Positions 10,497-22,605 of a DNA stretch of 64,000 bases are shown in pieces (position 1 is the stretch's first letter; each line of letters opens with the position of its first letter). A program made the translations under genes and the position numbers. The DNA comes from Orbicella franksi (taxonomy: Eukaryota), in contig OZ116700.1 in NCBI GenBank assembly GCA_964199315.1, positions 10,044,001-10,108,000 of the forward strand, given 5' to 3'. The notes beneath the pieces were generated by a model, which saw only the letters and a program-made list of their open reading frames with translations, had not been told where the DNA came from and ran no database searches.

Positions 10497-11690
10497 ACCA
10501 CTTTACCGGGATAGGTTTTCACCAAAGCAGCTGAACAGAAGTTCGTTAAACTGACGCACACGTTTGTGAAGCAAGTCTTAAGATCTGGTGCAGCTGAACA
10601 GAAGTTCTTTAAACTGACAGACACGTTTGTGAAGCAATTATTAAGATCTGGCGCAGCTGCACAGAAGTTCTTTAAACTGACACACACGTTTGTGAAGCAA
10701 GTCTTAAGATCTGGCTCAGCTGAACAGAAGTTCTTTAAACTGACTGACACGTTTGTGAAGCAAGTCTTAAGAACTGGCGCAGCTGAACAGAAGTTCTTTA
10801 AACTGACAGGCACGTTTGTGAAGTAAGTCTTAAGAACTGGCGCAGCTGAACAGAAGCTCTTTAAACTGACTGACACGTTTGTGAAGCGAGTCTTAAGATC
10901 TGGCGCAGCTGAACAGAAGTTTTTTAACTGACTGACGCGTTTGTGAAGCAAGTCTTAATATCTGGCGCAGCTGAGCAGAAGTTCTTTAGACTGGCAGAAA
11001 CGCGTCTGTGAAGCAAGTCTTAAAATAGGAAACTTTACCGGGATAGGTTTTCACTGAAACAGCTGCACAGAAGTTATTTTAACTGGCAGACACGTTTGTG
11101 AGGCAAGGCTTAAGATAGACCATTTTATCGGAATAAGTTTTCGCTGAAGCAGCTGAACAGAAGTTGTTTAAACTACCAAGCAAGCAAGGCTTAAGATAGA
11201 CAACTTTACCGGAATGTATTTTCACTGAAGCAGCTGAACAGAAGGATCTTTAAACAAGCAAGGAAGACAGTCTTAAGATAGACCACTTAATCGGAATAGG
11301 TTATCACTGAAGCAGCTTAACAGAAGTTCTTTAAACTGGCAGACACGTTTGTGAAGCAAGTCTTAAGATAGACCACTTTACCGAGATAGATTTTCACTGA
11401 AACAGCTGAACAGAGGTTTTCTAAACTGGCAGACAAGTTTGTGCAAAAAAGTCTTTATATAGGAAGTTCTGGAAGAGAAGTTCTTTAAACTGGTAAACAC
11501 CATCGTGAGGGAAGTTGTTTGAACATATCTGCAGAGGCCTCGAAATGGAAATTGTGTAAATTCGCCGACACCTTTGTAAGGCAAGTCTTGAGACTGGATA
11601 CATGGTCAGATACTTGAGGATTTCTGACACAGAAATTCTTGAAATTCGTGGACTGTTGGTCAAGGCGGTGTTGAGATTGACCAGTTGTGG
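10437..11690 (+). repeat. Tandem array (~17 units of 63 or ~90 bp) derived from the last ~20 codons of NUP188 plus 30 nt of 3'UTR
   Basis: Unit core gcagctgaacagaagttctttaaactggcagacacgtttgtgaagcaagtcttaaga. Units start at 10437 (the coding copy), 10527, 10590, 10653, 10716, 10779, 10842 and 10905 (63-bp period), followed by ~90-bp units and three strongly diverged copies at 11463-11690. Confidence 0.95.
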
Positions 11691-12402
11691 TTAGATATTG
11701 AGAGAGGCATGGTTTATAGTACTCTCTCTTTAAATTGCCTGCAAGATACGTTGTTGAGTCTTGAGATGGAGCACTTTTCGGTATTAACAAAGGTACAAAA
11801 TGTAATTTGTGAAGGTCATTCACTGAAACGTCGAAGATGAAGTACCTTAAGTTGTCAAGCATCTGTTAATCTTGCCAAAGGACAGTAGATCGTTAAATTA
11901 AGAACGAAGTGGAAAGGTAGCTCAGCGTATGATGTCCACGATTCAATGAATTTGCTTTCGTATTGTCAGCGTCAAGACAGATTTTCCTCACTCCTCTCTA
12001 TACATTTTCAGAGGACTTAATAATCAGATTTTTCCGTTGTTGATTATTTACTCAATTCTTGTCAACTGTGTAGATGATTTTGCATTGGTATTGTGTAGAG
12101 AAATAAGTACTAATCACTTTTTTACCATAGAAACAGAGACTAAGCTAAGCATCCCCACAGAACGAACAGGTTAAAATAACAACGCCAAAAGGCACAGATC
12201 ACTCAGGGCAAGTTTCAAGTATCTCTTCTCCTAACTTAATTAACTTATGTTGCTGAGAATTTGGTAGTGCCTCCTTTTTGACATTTCCTTTGTTAGGCAT
12301 CCTTTCGTGCTTAAAAACTGACAAAGGAAATCCCTGCGGTGGAACAATGATTAACAGCTGGATTCTAATTCACGTGTACAGTTTTGTTTTCTCCATTTCT
12401 TT

Positions 12403-12408
12403 AATAAA
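12403..12408 (+). terminator. Candidate NUP188 polyadenylation signal AATAAA
   Basis: First canonical AATAAA I found downstream of the stop codon; inference only. Confidence 0.35.
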
Positions 12409-13467
12409 AACAAGTGAATTTTGTACCTGATTTATTCTATTTTGTTTCCCAAGCGAGAGACTCTCAGAGGTTATTACCCTTGCATTTAACAATCGGAAAA
12501 GATTTTTTTGGCAAAAAATAGGCCCTTGGCAGCAATTGACGTCATATATCTTTCATAAATAGACTTGTTACGTGAATGTGTTACTGTTTGAAGAATTCGT
12601 TTTCTGCATATGTCGGCAACATCGTCTTGTTAGTGGACATAAACTACATAGTACTATTTGCCTTCTATTGTTTGCTCCACTCAAGGCCGTCACGTCTTTG
12701 GCGGCTAAACTTAATAGAGCTTTACCGCAAAACAAACCTTATGCAAATATGCATTTCACGACCATGGGCATGTAAATGAGATAGTTACTGTTTCTCTTTC
12801 AAGGAAGAGTCGCATGTCAAGATGTAAACTGGCGTGAGTTGGATGTATATTTTAATCAACTCGCTGCGTTCGCAAATACCTTATGAAACTAGATTTGTTG
12901 CTTCTCAGATATGGGGGATTTTAACAAAATCGTTGCAACAAGACTAACGATCGTAAATCGCCGGTTCGATCCATGCTTTAATTTACATGATAGCTTTGTC
13001 GAGGCTGTTTCTTCTTCGCTACAGGTCTTAGAATAAAGAAATATGGCGTTCAGCAAGGAATGTGCTCAATTTTAGGTCAGCTCTTTGAAAGTTTTGACAT
13101 TAAGTAACAGTCCTTATATTCGAACGGGCGGGGAATTTCCATGTCTAATGTCATAATGGGAACATTTACATTTGCAAGGTGGTTGTGCGGAAAAACTATA
13201 ACAGCACGAAATGTGGGTGGTAATTGTGGAGGCTTGGCGATTTTGAGGACACACTGAATAACGGTTTTGTGCGATGTTCAAAATTGCGTCCAAATCAAGA
13301 AATCTTAGAGTTAAAGCCGCTTGGCAGAATGTCGGTCGATGAAGAAGCTGCGAATCTGGAACTAACCAAGACCGAAAAGTAAACAGGAACAGGCGTTTTA
13401 GAAAGATCATCCTTTATTGCCCTTTCAAAACCTATCTTTCTGGTTTTTTTGCTTATGGTTTTCTATT

Positions 13468-13580
13468 TACGCGCGACCCGCGCTGTTTACCCACGACCCG
13501 TGCCGTTTACTCGCCTTCCGCGCTGTGTACTCGCGACCCGCGCCGTTTACCCTCGTTCCGCGCCGTGTACCCGCAACCCG
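13468..13580. repeat. GC-rich ~19-20-bp tandem repeat (cgcgacccgcgccgtttac-like, ~6 copies)
   Basis: Directly visible; ends 2 nt before CTAGT. Confidence 0.8.
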
Positions 13581-16500
13581 GAACTAGTGAAGATGATGAC
13601 GGCAACGATTGCAAATGTAAAAAAGATTGACATCCTCTTGTATCGATTCAAGTGCAACTTACAGTACTAGTGACCTTGTACGCAATCAAACCAACATTTG
13701 ACAAGACATCCTTATGACGCTTTCGTTCCGAAGAATCACAAAAGTAAAGGCCGTTATTGTACTGAGCTTTAGGTGGCTCCATAGGGTAATCATTTATGAC
13801 GTTTCGCGCGCAAGTGTGTATGTTTTGAATGCTGTTTTTACATTCCTTTATACAGCTAGTCTTTTCAAACTTATTACATGTAATAAGCAATGATTAAATA
13901 GTGTTAAAAGTTTGGGTTTTAGTCGAATTATTACTGCCCAAACAAAAGTGATTTTTTTTATTTTTTATTATTTTTTTTTATTTATTTATTTTTTATGGCT
14001 TTACTTGTGATTTTCTTGAATTTCCTTCGGTGAAATCTTCCAAAAATCTTCACTGCACGTCGCATCCTGTGGGATACGAATTTTAAAGACGAAGAAAGTA
14101 GGATTTTTGCCAATTTATGTCTTGCCGCTGTGAAAAAACGTTTCCTATAGATTTCCCTGAAAAACGAGCTCCGACTTCAGTAAAATATTTACTACCGGTC
14201 TGCCAAATTTTACAGAATTTCACCGAAGGAACCTCGACGGAATTCCCTGTCAGTTTTGGTTTTTGTGCTCATGTTGAGGTCATAAAATATCGAAAAACAC
14301 CGACGTTTTCCTTCGAGCACGCGCAGATTACTTGAACTGTCGTCCTCAGCGCGCATGCGACCATAAAACTATAAGGAGACACCTTAAACTTTGAAAAATA
14401 GTGGCTTCGTTTTATTGTAAAGAGAAATGGTGTGTTTTCTTGTTTGCTTTCGATTGGAAGAAAGTGGAATCGTCTGGCGAATATACAAGACGACCTAAAA
14501 CTGACTAGTTTTCTACGTCCCTAATTGTTTTCTGCAGATTTGCATCCTAATATTCAATAACAATGCCTTAGCGAAGGGTTCTTAAGTGCTCTGCAAGAGC
14601 TTAAAAGACATGGTATTATTTTTTCCTCTGAAAGTCTTTTTTTAACTAAGTCCGTTTTCTTACTTATAGCAGATACATGTGATAAAGAAGCAATTTAGTG
14701 TGCTACTCTAGAAAAATAAAGAAAAGGAAAAAACAATCTTTTATCGTTTGAACTGAAAGCCTGTAAGCACATTTCGTATTTAGTGACGGGTAATGAAGAA
14801 GATAATTTAAATATACATTCAGTCACATTATGCAAATGACTGATATGTGGGCTTAAACTTCAGCTTCAAACGCATTGAAAGGATAAACAGGTTTCGTTAT
14901 TTTCATATGTGTTTTTCGATAAATTTAGAGGTATCAAAAGTATACAATAATTATTCTACCGCGGGTATTGCGCTTTAATGTTCATTTCAAAAGATTAATT
15001 TCTTTTCGTGAAATTTTCCGCACTTGCATATAAACGGAATGAGATGAAAATTTAATATGTTTTCGATACTTCCATAAGCAATAAAACGATACTTAGAGTT
15101 GTGACAGGTTGTAAAAGTGCTTCCCTAGGGTCATCTTCACTTTCCATTGATGTCAAATGTTAATGTTTTGTTTAGAGAGGAAATAGCAAAGTGTTCTTTG
15201 ATGTAATTGGTGGGAATTGAGCAAATGGGTGAAATATCCTCGTTTAAGAATCAAATTCAAGATCATAACCGTATGAAAACAAATTAAAAATTGATAGCAC
15301 TCCCTGCAGTAAGTGAGTAAATATCTTCAACGCCTATTTTGACTGACTCAACTATTAAGTCAGGAAATTAAGACAAACTTTAAGTGTTCAAAGCACCGAG
15401 GCTTTATTCATCGCGGTGAAAGTGTGTGGAGGAGGTATCTCTCAGCCATCGCCTACCACCGGCAAGCGCATTAACGCGAACAAGTCACGAAAAGTCAGTT
15501 TTTGGTGTACGAACTAAACATCCAGACCCACTTGGCTCTGAAGGCCTCTCAGTTCATCTATCACTGGTTTTGTGATTTATTTGTCCACAAGTTCAAATTG
15601 GTAAGTTCTTTAGACTTCTTTTATCTTCACGTAATTTATTTTTGTCTCTAGCAACAACAATTTAGTATGCCTTAGTTCTGAGTGGATATAGTTACAATAT
15701 TCGCACATTATACGGCTAGCGATTTTTAAATAAACATATCACTGTACCAAAACACGGACCAAAAAAACCGGTGGTGTCTCAAATCTTCTGATAATTTGAC
15801 AAAAGACACCTCGGACACAGCTTTCGTGAGTTACGTTTTCATTTTTCTGGAATCTTGTTCATTCTTTCTCGAAAGTCTGGGAAACTTGCACAAAATTACA
15901 ACTTCCGCTCCTAAAAGTATATAATTTTGTGTTCTCGCTAAGCGAAATCTAAGCTTCCGGTACAAAGTCCGCTCTTTGGGAATTTCTGCCTTTATATTGA
16001 ATATTTCCAAAAACTAACCTAATAGCCTTCAGTTAGTCTCCCGGGCCTACAAACTGACAATGTTTAAACAAAATCGATTTTTTTGACCCTGGCCACGATT
16101 TCTTCGATTTTTGCTGACACTTATTTACTCTTAATATCACATGAGGATATTTCTTCCTTTCTTGAACGGAAATATCTGAAAACTGCTACGACGCATGTTG
16201 CAATGGAATATTTCTTGTTCCGAAGAGAAACCGAGCAAAGAAGTCTTGTAGCGAAATGAAACATTACAACTGGAAGGATTTCATTAATTATTTAAATGCC
16301 CAATCACTAAGTCACAAAAAGTCAAAATTAATTTCAAAACCTGCAAATATTAAAAAGTCAACCGCAAGTGAAGTCGATCGATTAGACGAAGGTTTTGGAA
16401 TGCGCGGAAAACTTTACTTGGAAAGAAGTCATCATACACGTTTCATTTTGTTTACTTGGGACATATCGAAATGGAAGGGAAATATCTCTATTATGATCGT

Positions 16501-18013
16501 TATGACTAATGGTAAAAGCCAGGTTACTGTCTGCACGGAAGATGCGAATTAAAGAGTTGTACCAAACTATATATACCGCTCAAAGGCACCAAGTGAATGA
16601 TCAAGTTGTTGAAGAAGACTGAAACCACTTCGGGGAAATTTAGAAACAGATTTTAAAGGAACGTGATAAAGGCGTCATTCATTCATACATTCATTCATTT
16701 ATTATTTATGACGGCAAACATGGTAAAGTTATAGAGTATTTTGAAATTGTTTTTTCCTCCAAATGTTGTAACTGCTGCTGTTTTTTAATTAATATTAAAA
16801 TGTAAGGAGTTGAAATTAGGCTGTAGAGCTCCCTCGTTCTTAACTTAGAAAGCTAAAACAATCTCCTTGGAAAAAGGTATTGCAGCAGTTAGAGCTTTTC
16901 GGTCTACTTTGAACATTTTATCTTGAAAAGAGATGCAATAAAAACCCATGTGTAACCACCTAAATGAAACAGGTTCTTGTATTTTGGGGTAGTTATTGGC
17001 AATTTAGGTTAGGTGGGTTCAAAATTAGGTTCTTAATTTCTGTGAAGGAGATATATGAGACCATAGTTAACAGTGATGAGACGATCGCCAGAAAAATAAA
17101 CAAACTTGGGTTTCAAACCGTTTGCGCCTTGAATATACAATACTTATTCACAACTGTATTTTGTATTTTCTTGTAATGTAAATTTGCACTCTCAAAGTCA
17201 CACTACTAGGTTCAAATGTTTATCATAATTTAAGTGCAACCCACGTACATATAAGAACCTGCTTGATCTTGCTTGGCTAGAGAAGTTCTTACATTTTTGG
17301 GTATTAAAATGGTGAATTTCTGCCAACAGGTTCTTAAACCGTTAGGTTCTTACATGCGGGTTTTTTTTTTTTTTTTTCATGTATATAATAAACAATTTTT
17401 TGACGCCATCTAACAATTGTTGTTGTTGTTGTTTTTTTGCTTTTATAAGGCAGTTTTTAAAATATCCGCCCCCTCTGCGTCCAAGAATCATTTTACGCTC
17501 CCGATGGGTTTTATAAAAACAAACCTGCCAATGATTTGTGATAAAGTTTCCCATACGTTCGTTTTGACCGTTTAATGGACAGCCGTTAGTGTACGTTTTC
17601 GCGTGAGATGGCACATTTCATTTCGGCTCTCAAGCTATGGACCAATAATCCTGAACAATGCAGGCTTTTAACTGTTACCCGGGGTGTGACATGATTAAGG
17701 TCAAGTTGTCATCTACTTTGCGATACGATTTTGCTTAAGGGATTTTACTGGCGACAGAAAGTGTATTGAGCCTTGTATCAGAATGTAAACTGGCAAAGTC
17801 TGGCAAATATAAATGTAATTTGCAAACGGTTTTCTGCTTTACGTTCATTATCGATAAGCGCCTTTTGGGATGCATACTTTGAAGTCTCGAATGGATGTTT
17901 CGTTAGTTATGAACAAGAAGAGAGAAATGGAAAATGTTAAACTGTTAGTAGGAAAGGAAATTTTTGTGGCATTAAGCTCCGGTTGCTAGAATTTATAAAC
18001 AACGCATTTCTAA

Positions 18014-18753
18014 AGGTCTGGCTAAACTAAAAAATGTTTTTGCGGAGGCAAACGTTACCTAGTTTAGTGGCGTGGGAGACATATGTTACGGAAACAAAAA
18101 AATGGTTTTGCCTCCGGGTCAGAAACATTTTTGCTTCACAGACACAAATTTTGTTTCCGAAACCTATGTGTCATGTGTTTCGTAGTTTAGCCACCATGAA
18201 AACAATTTTGACTACGTTTCCAGTTATGCTCATTAAAAATATTTCCCAACAATGGCGAGCGTACAACAATGGCTGACGGTGAAGTCGAAGCAGAGGAGCC
18301 ACAAGCAGGTCTTATAAAAGGAAAGGAAAGAAGGAATGTAATTGAAAGGATGAGGAGGTATAGTTACTCATTACCTTATATGAGGACAGAGCCTGTTTGT
18401 GGGATTTCGCTCAAAAGACTAAATGAACAGGGACAAAAAAAGAAGCGGCTTACTGTCAAATCCATGCACAGATATCAGAGAAATATTTTATCATTAGCGA
18501 CGATTACAAAAGTAAATGGAATATTCTGAGATCACATGCATCTTATGGGGACGAGAATATGAAAAAATATTACCTCAGACTTCTTCGGAAGTCAATTTAT
18601 TTTAGTGCGCAGATGTGACTGTTTTCTGAAACAATGTTTCCTTGTTTAGCCACCCGGGCGGCAAAACATTTTGTTTACTTTCCGCTACTTTAGCCAGCCT
18701 GGAAACATGACAAGAAACAACTTTTCAGCAACAATGTCTCCTAGTTTAGACCT
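18014..18753 (+). mobile_element. Harbinger-type non-autonomous element with a decayed MADF (Myb/SANT-like) ORF
   Basis: Imperfect TIR aggtctggctaaacta / tagtttagacct. Frameshifted internal peptide CLWD...MNRDKKEAAYCQIHAQISEKY...YKSKWNILRS has the MADF pattern. Confidence 0.7.
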
Positions 18754-21166
18754 TTTAAGCAGAATCCTTTTTGTAAAAAGAGTGAACGAGGAAATGGCAC
18801 TGTACTTGTAGCATATTTTGACACCTGCCAGAAAAGCGCAGAGCTTCTTCACAAGCTGACACATTTTTCATCCATAATTTATCTTTTATTAGCATTAACC
18901 AAATTGCTAGGCAAACTGTGAACTCATCTTCTTAAATGTATTTGTATTCCAGACACCCGACTACGTTTAGAAACACATTTCAATTTTTTGTGCTTTACGC
19001 TTGCTTCACTTGTTCGTAATATTTTTAAAAGTTGTAAGCTGTTTGTGAAAGCGCACTTGAAAACCATCATCAGCATGCCGCTTTTGAAGCTCGTGCAGTT
19101 TATTTATCGTGCTCTATGTGCTTTTGTTTTCGGATGCAACGTGTAATGATGAAAGAAATGTTCTTTGAACAAATCGAGAATTCAATTTCGCTTCTGTCCA
19201 CAGCGAATTTTTAAGATCGAGTTTTTTTTTTTTTTTTTTTAATACATACCCCTTTATCTTTAAAAGTTTTATAGCTTGAACTGCAAATGTACTGGTGATT
19301 TTAAGAACATTCTCATTCATTCTATGCGAGCGATAATAGACTGCAAATTACCAAAGAAATTACACATGGATTGCACAGCAGCTAGCGGCAAATGTGTTGC
19401 CTTAAAAAGCAAACTGAAAAAAAAAAAACATAAACAGGTTTTTTCAATTGGTGTCATGTTTGCTAGCTCTAATTGTTATTGATGTTAATTTAAACAACAT
19501 ACATCCACGCAGAATTTCACAATTCTGCTGGCGCACAGCGAAATTCAAAATATATTTTTTTGATTGTTTTATTCAAAAAATCTGAAAAATTTCGAAAACT
19601 TTTCAAAAGTACCCAAATAGCACTTACAGTATTTCGTTGAATTTTGACTATTTAACCTTTGGCAAATCTTGGGAAAAATAAAATTGAAACGCCTCAGATT
19701 TTATGCAAATGATTTTACACTTCGTTTGTTTGGTCTTTCATTACGCGCATATTTGTTTTAAGAAATTTTCCATTAGACGAACAAAAGATAGTTTATTTAT
19801 AGCGTCGCATTCACTGGAGATTATCAATCCAAGATTAAAGGTCTTCTATTTAGTTTGCCGATTCCTTCAGGTTAGCAAGGCTACATATGCTTTTTTCACA
19901 TCTAACTAACAAAGATTAAAAAATAGCACACTGGTAAACTATATCGCGGAAATGGTACATGGGGTCAAGAACAGCAGGCAGCTGGTAGTTAAACTTCAGA
20001 TCTTCATAATTTACATTCATGATACGACCAGATGAGTCCAATATAAGTTTAGGTAAGTAAATCTCGCGATTTCCCCACTCAGTTTCTTTTCAAAAAACAA
20101 TGAGGAACTTATCCAAAAGGCACTCTGGTTTCGTACTTGTTGCCCTTTTAATTTTCAACAGTATTTTACGTGCGTGTTATACTCAGAATATGTCAACTCC
20201 ATTCGAGAAACAAACAAATTTTTACCCAGTGATCTTAGAATCATCAGGGTAAGAGTTGCAATATTAATATTAATATTAATATTAATACTTCAGTTTGAAT
20301 GTTGAACAAACAGACCAAAAAAGTGGATGAACACCTCTTTTGAATATAAAAATTGAGAGTTACCTTCGTCTCTAATCTATTTGGGCGTTACCACATTGGT
20401 TTACCTGTCATCACGCACGCCAGGATTTAGTCTGTAACCCCAGGGGATTACAACTCATTCGCCCCCTCCCCCCGCCAAATTGACAAGTTCTTCTCATTTA
20501 TTCTGTGCCAATGACACGCACTCACAGAAAATGGAAAATACGAAAAAGAAAAAGAAAAACACCTTAACAAGTATGACGATTCTTCCTAAAAGGAAACTTA
20601 ATAGTTTTGGATATGAGGCCTTTCAATAAACAGGCTGGTACACTATTGACTGATCTGTCATGACAAGAGGAAGTAAGCAAGATTTTCATGGCTTTTATCA
20701 CCTGTATTGTTGACACCACCCAACAATGTAAAATGTCAAACATTGAAAATTTCCGACAATTCTTTTTTCTTTGTTAAGATTGGTCTTCGTTTTGTACATT
20801 ATCATCAACATTAAATTTTATTCTTTTTTTAAAAAAATGTAGTTACATTTTCTCACTCTGATTTTTATGCATCCCTTAAGAAATAATTCCTTGTGATGAT
20901 GCAATACTTATCTTTTTTTGTTATCCATCAACAAAATAAACATGGACTATCTTAATTTTTTTCTGCCACCAAATAAGAATAGGATTATTTGTTGACCTGT
21001 AAACGTCTCCGTAAGAGGTGGAAATTGAAATTTGCTAGTATCAGATTATCTCTTGATTAATATTTACATTTTCATTTAGATTCAAAAATGCACTCAATAG
21101 ATTATCTGAGTGTAGTTTTGATGTAAGAGAGTTTAGGACTGAATCGGTATATAGAGAATAATACAT

Positions 21167-21480
21167 GGTTACTTCGAGTGTTCAACTCTATATCTCACGA
21201 GTGAGCGCAGCGAAAGAGCGAGATATCAAGTTTAACACGAGAGAGAAATTTCACATCTACAAGCAACCATGTGTTATTTTGTTTATTATATAAACATACT
21301 AATGACGACGTTTTTGACGATTTTCCTGAGATTTCCGACCACTTTCCGAAGACTTCCGAAGATTTCCAAAATTGTTCCGAGGGCCAGACGAACGTTTCCG
21401 AACATTTTCCAAACATTTCCGAACAGTTTCTGAACATTGCCGAAGATTTCCCGAGACATTTAACAAGTAGGTCATACACT
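21167..21480. repeat. Interspersed repeat with internal ttccgaa/gatttcc micro-repeats
   Basis: Subterminal inverted motifs (catggtt...aaccatg; ctatatctc/gagatat) and short degenerate tandem repeats at 21320-21460. Confidence 0.6.
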
Positions 21481-21525
21481 AACAAATTTAAACGTAGTTA
21501 AAGGGACAAACGAAAAATGTTATTA

Positions 21526-21672
21526 ATCATGGTAATTGAACTGAGTGGAGTGCGATTTGGTCTGAAATCATACGCGTGATTTGCACGACACGAAGTTCAA
21601 TTGCCACTTTAATAGATCTATTTTGAAATCCCACAATTTTATCGCCTTAAATTTTAGATTTTATTATTATTA

Positions 21673-21710
<38 letters not shown>

Positions 21711-22605
21711 GATACAACATGAACTACAATAGGGTAATTAAATTTTAGATTTTGGTGTATTGTTCCAGTAGCCGGTTTGTTAAAAATAGCGCAACTGGAA
21801 ACGCCTTTACATCTCATTTAGTATGCAAAACGATGTCATGTGACCAAAACTCATTCGAGCATATAAACAAGGAACAAGCAGTTCTGAAGTCAGAACGACA
21901 ATAATCTACTTCATGCCAAAAATTGCAATTCTCATCGTCTGAATCAATGATGGAAGGCCTTCCTTTCTTCTGTGGTTGAGGCCGAGACTTCTGGTTGTCT
22001 TTGGAGAAGGAATTTGAAGGTGCAGCTAGTGTAATTCTGTGATGGATTTCTTTGAGTTGTGAAACTCCCTCGAGTGCACGATGCCCAGTGGATAGTTTTT
22101 CTCTTTAAATACCGTCCAATGGCACTCTGCATGATTTGAAGGGATTCTAGCTCGTTATCATCTCCGTTTCTTTTTGTGACCTCGGCGTAGAACTCAATAC
22201 TCAGGACCTTGTCAAGTTCTTGCGGCGCCATTCGTTTCAAGATATTTTCAAGATGGCGGGACTAGCATCAGCCAGCTTCGGAAGTTCGTTCATTCACTGT
22301 TTTGCGGAGCGGGGCGTGTTTTGGCTATGTTTATTCACAGCGACAGAGTTGAGCTCTTGTATTGCTTCGTTTGAAACTACCGGAAACATGGAAACATCTG
22401 CCTTCTTGAGATGGCTCTGAATTTGTTGTTGTGTGGTTTTCGTTTGCTTATGTTTTGCTGGACTCGGTATTATACGGATCTTAAACAGATGCTGAAGAAA
22501 AATCGCCAAAATATTCGTCAAAATAGCCACCGAAAGTTAGAAACTTCTCTTAAAGTTCAGCCTGATGGAGCTCATAATCGTCATTCAGAAACTGTAATTA
22601 ATGAA
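21526..22605 (-). mobile_element. Internally deleted Crypton (tyrosine-recombinase transposon) remnant
   Basis: Frameshifted minus-strand peptides FPVVSNEAIQELNSVAVNK..TPRSAKQ*MNE and MAPQELDKVLS.FYAEVTKRNGDD.ELESLQIMQSAIGRYLK match the N-terminal part of Crypton/KCTD1-ZMYM-QRICH1-type recombinases. Confidence 0.7.

Noticed and set aside
10331-10951. 206-aa minus-strand repetitive ORF (KNFCSAAPDLKTCFTNVSVSL repeats), LRR-like at first sight
   Set aside because: It is the antisense reading of the NUP188 last exon and its 63-bp tandem copies. The + frame matches NUP188, the ORF starts at TTG, and in-frame repeats easily stay open on both strands.
10437-11460. CRISPR-like appearance of the regular array
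   Set aside because: The units are contiguous tandem copies with no unique spacers, in a eukaryotic gene context with no cas genes.
11485-11862. 125-aa minus-strand ORF preceded by an AG
   Set aside because: It partly consists of the antisense of the diverged NUP188-tail copies, whose substitutions are synonymous or conservative in the + frame; no family motif.
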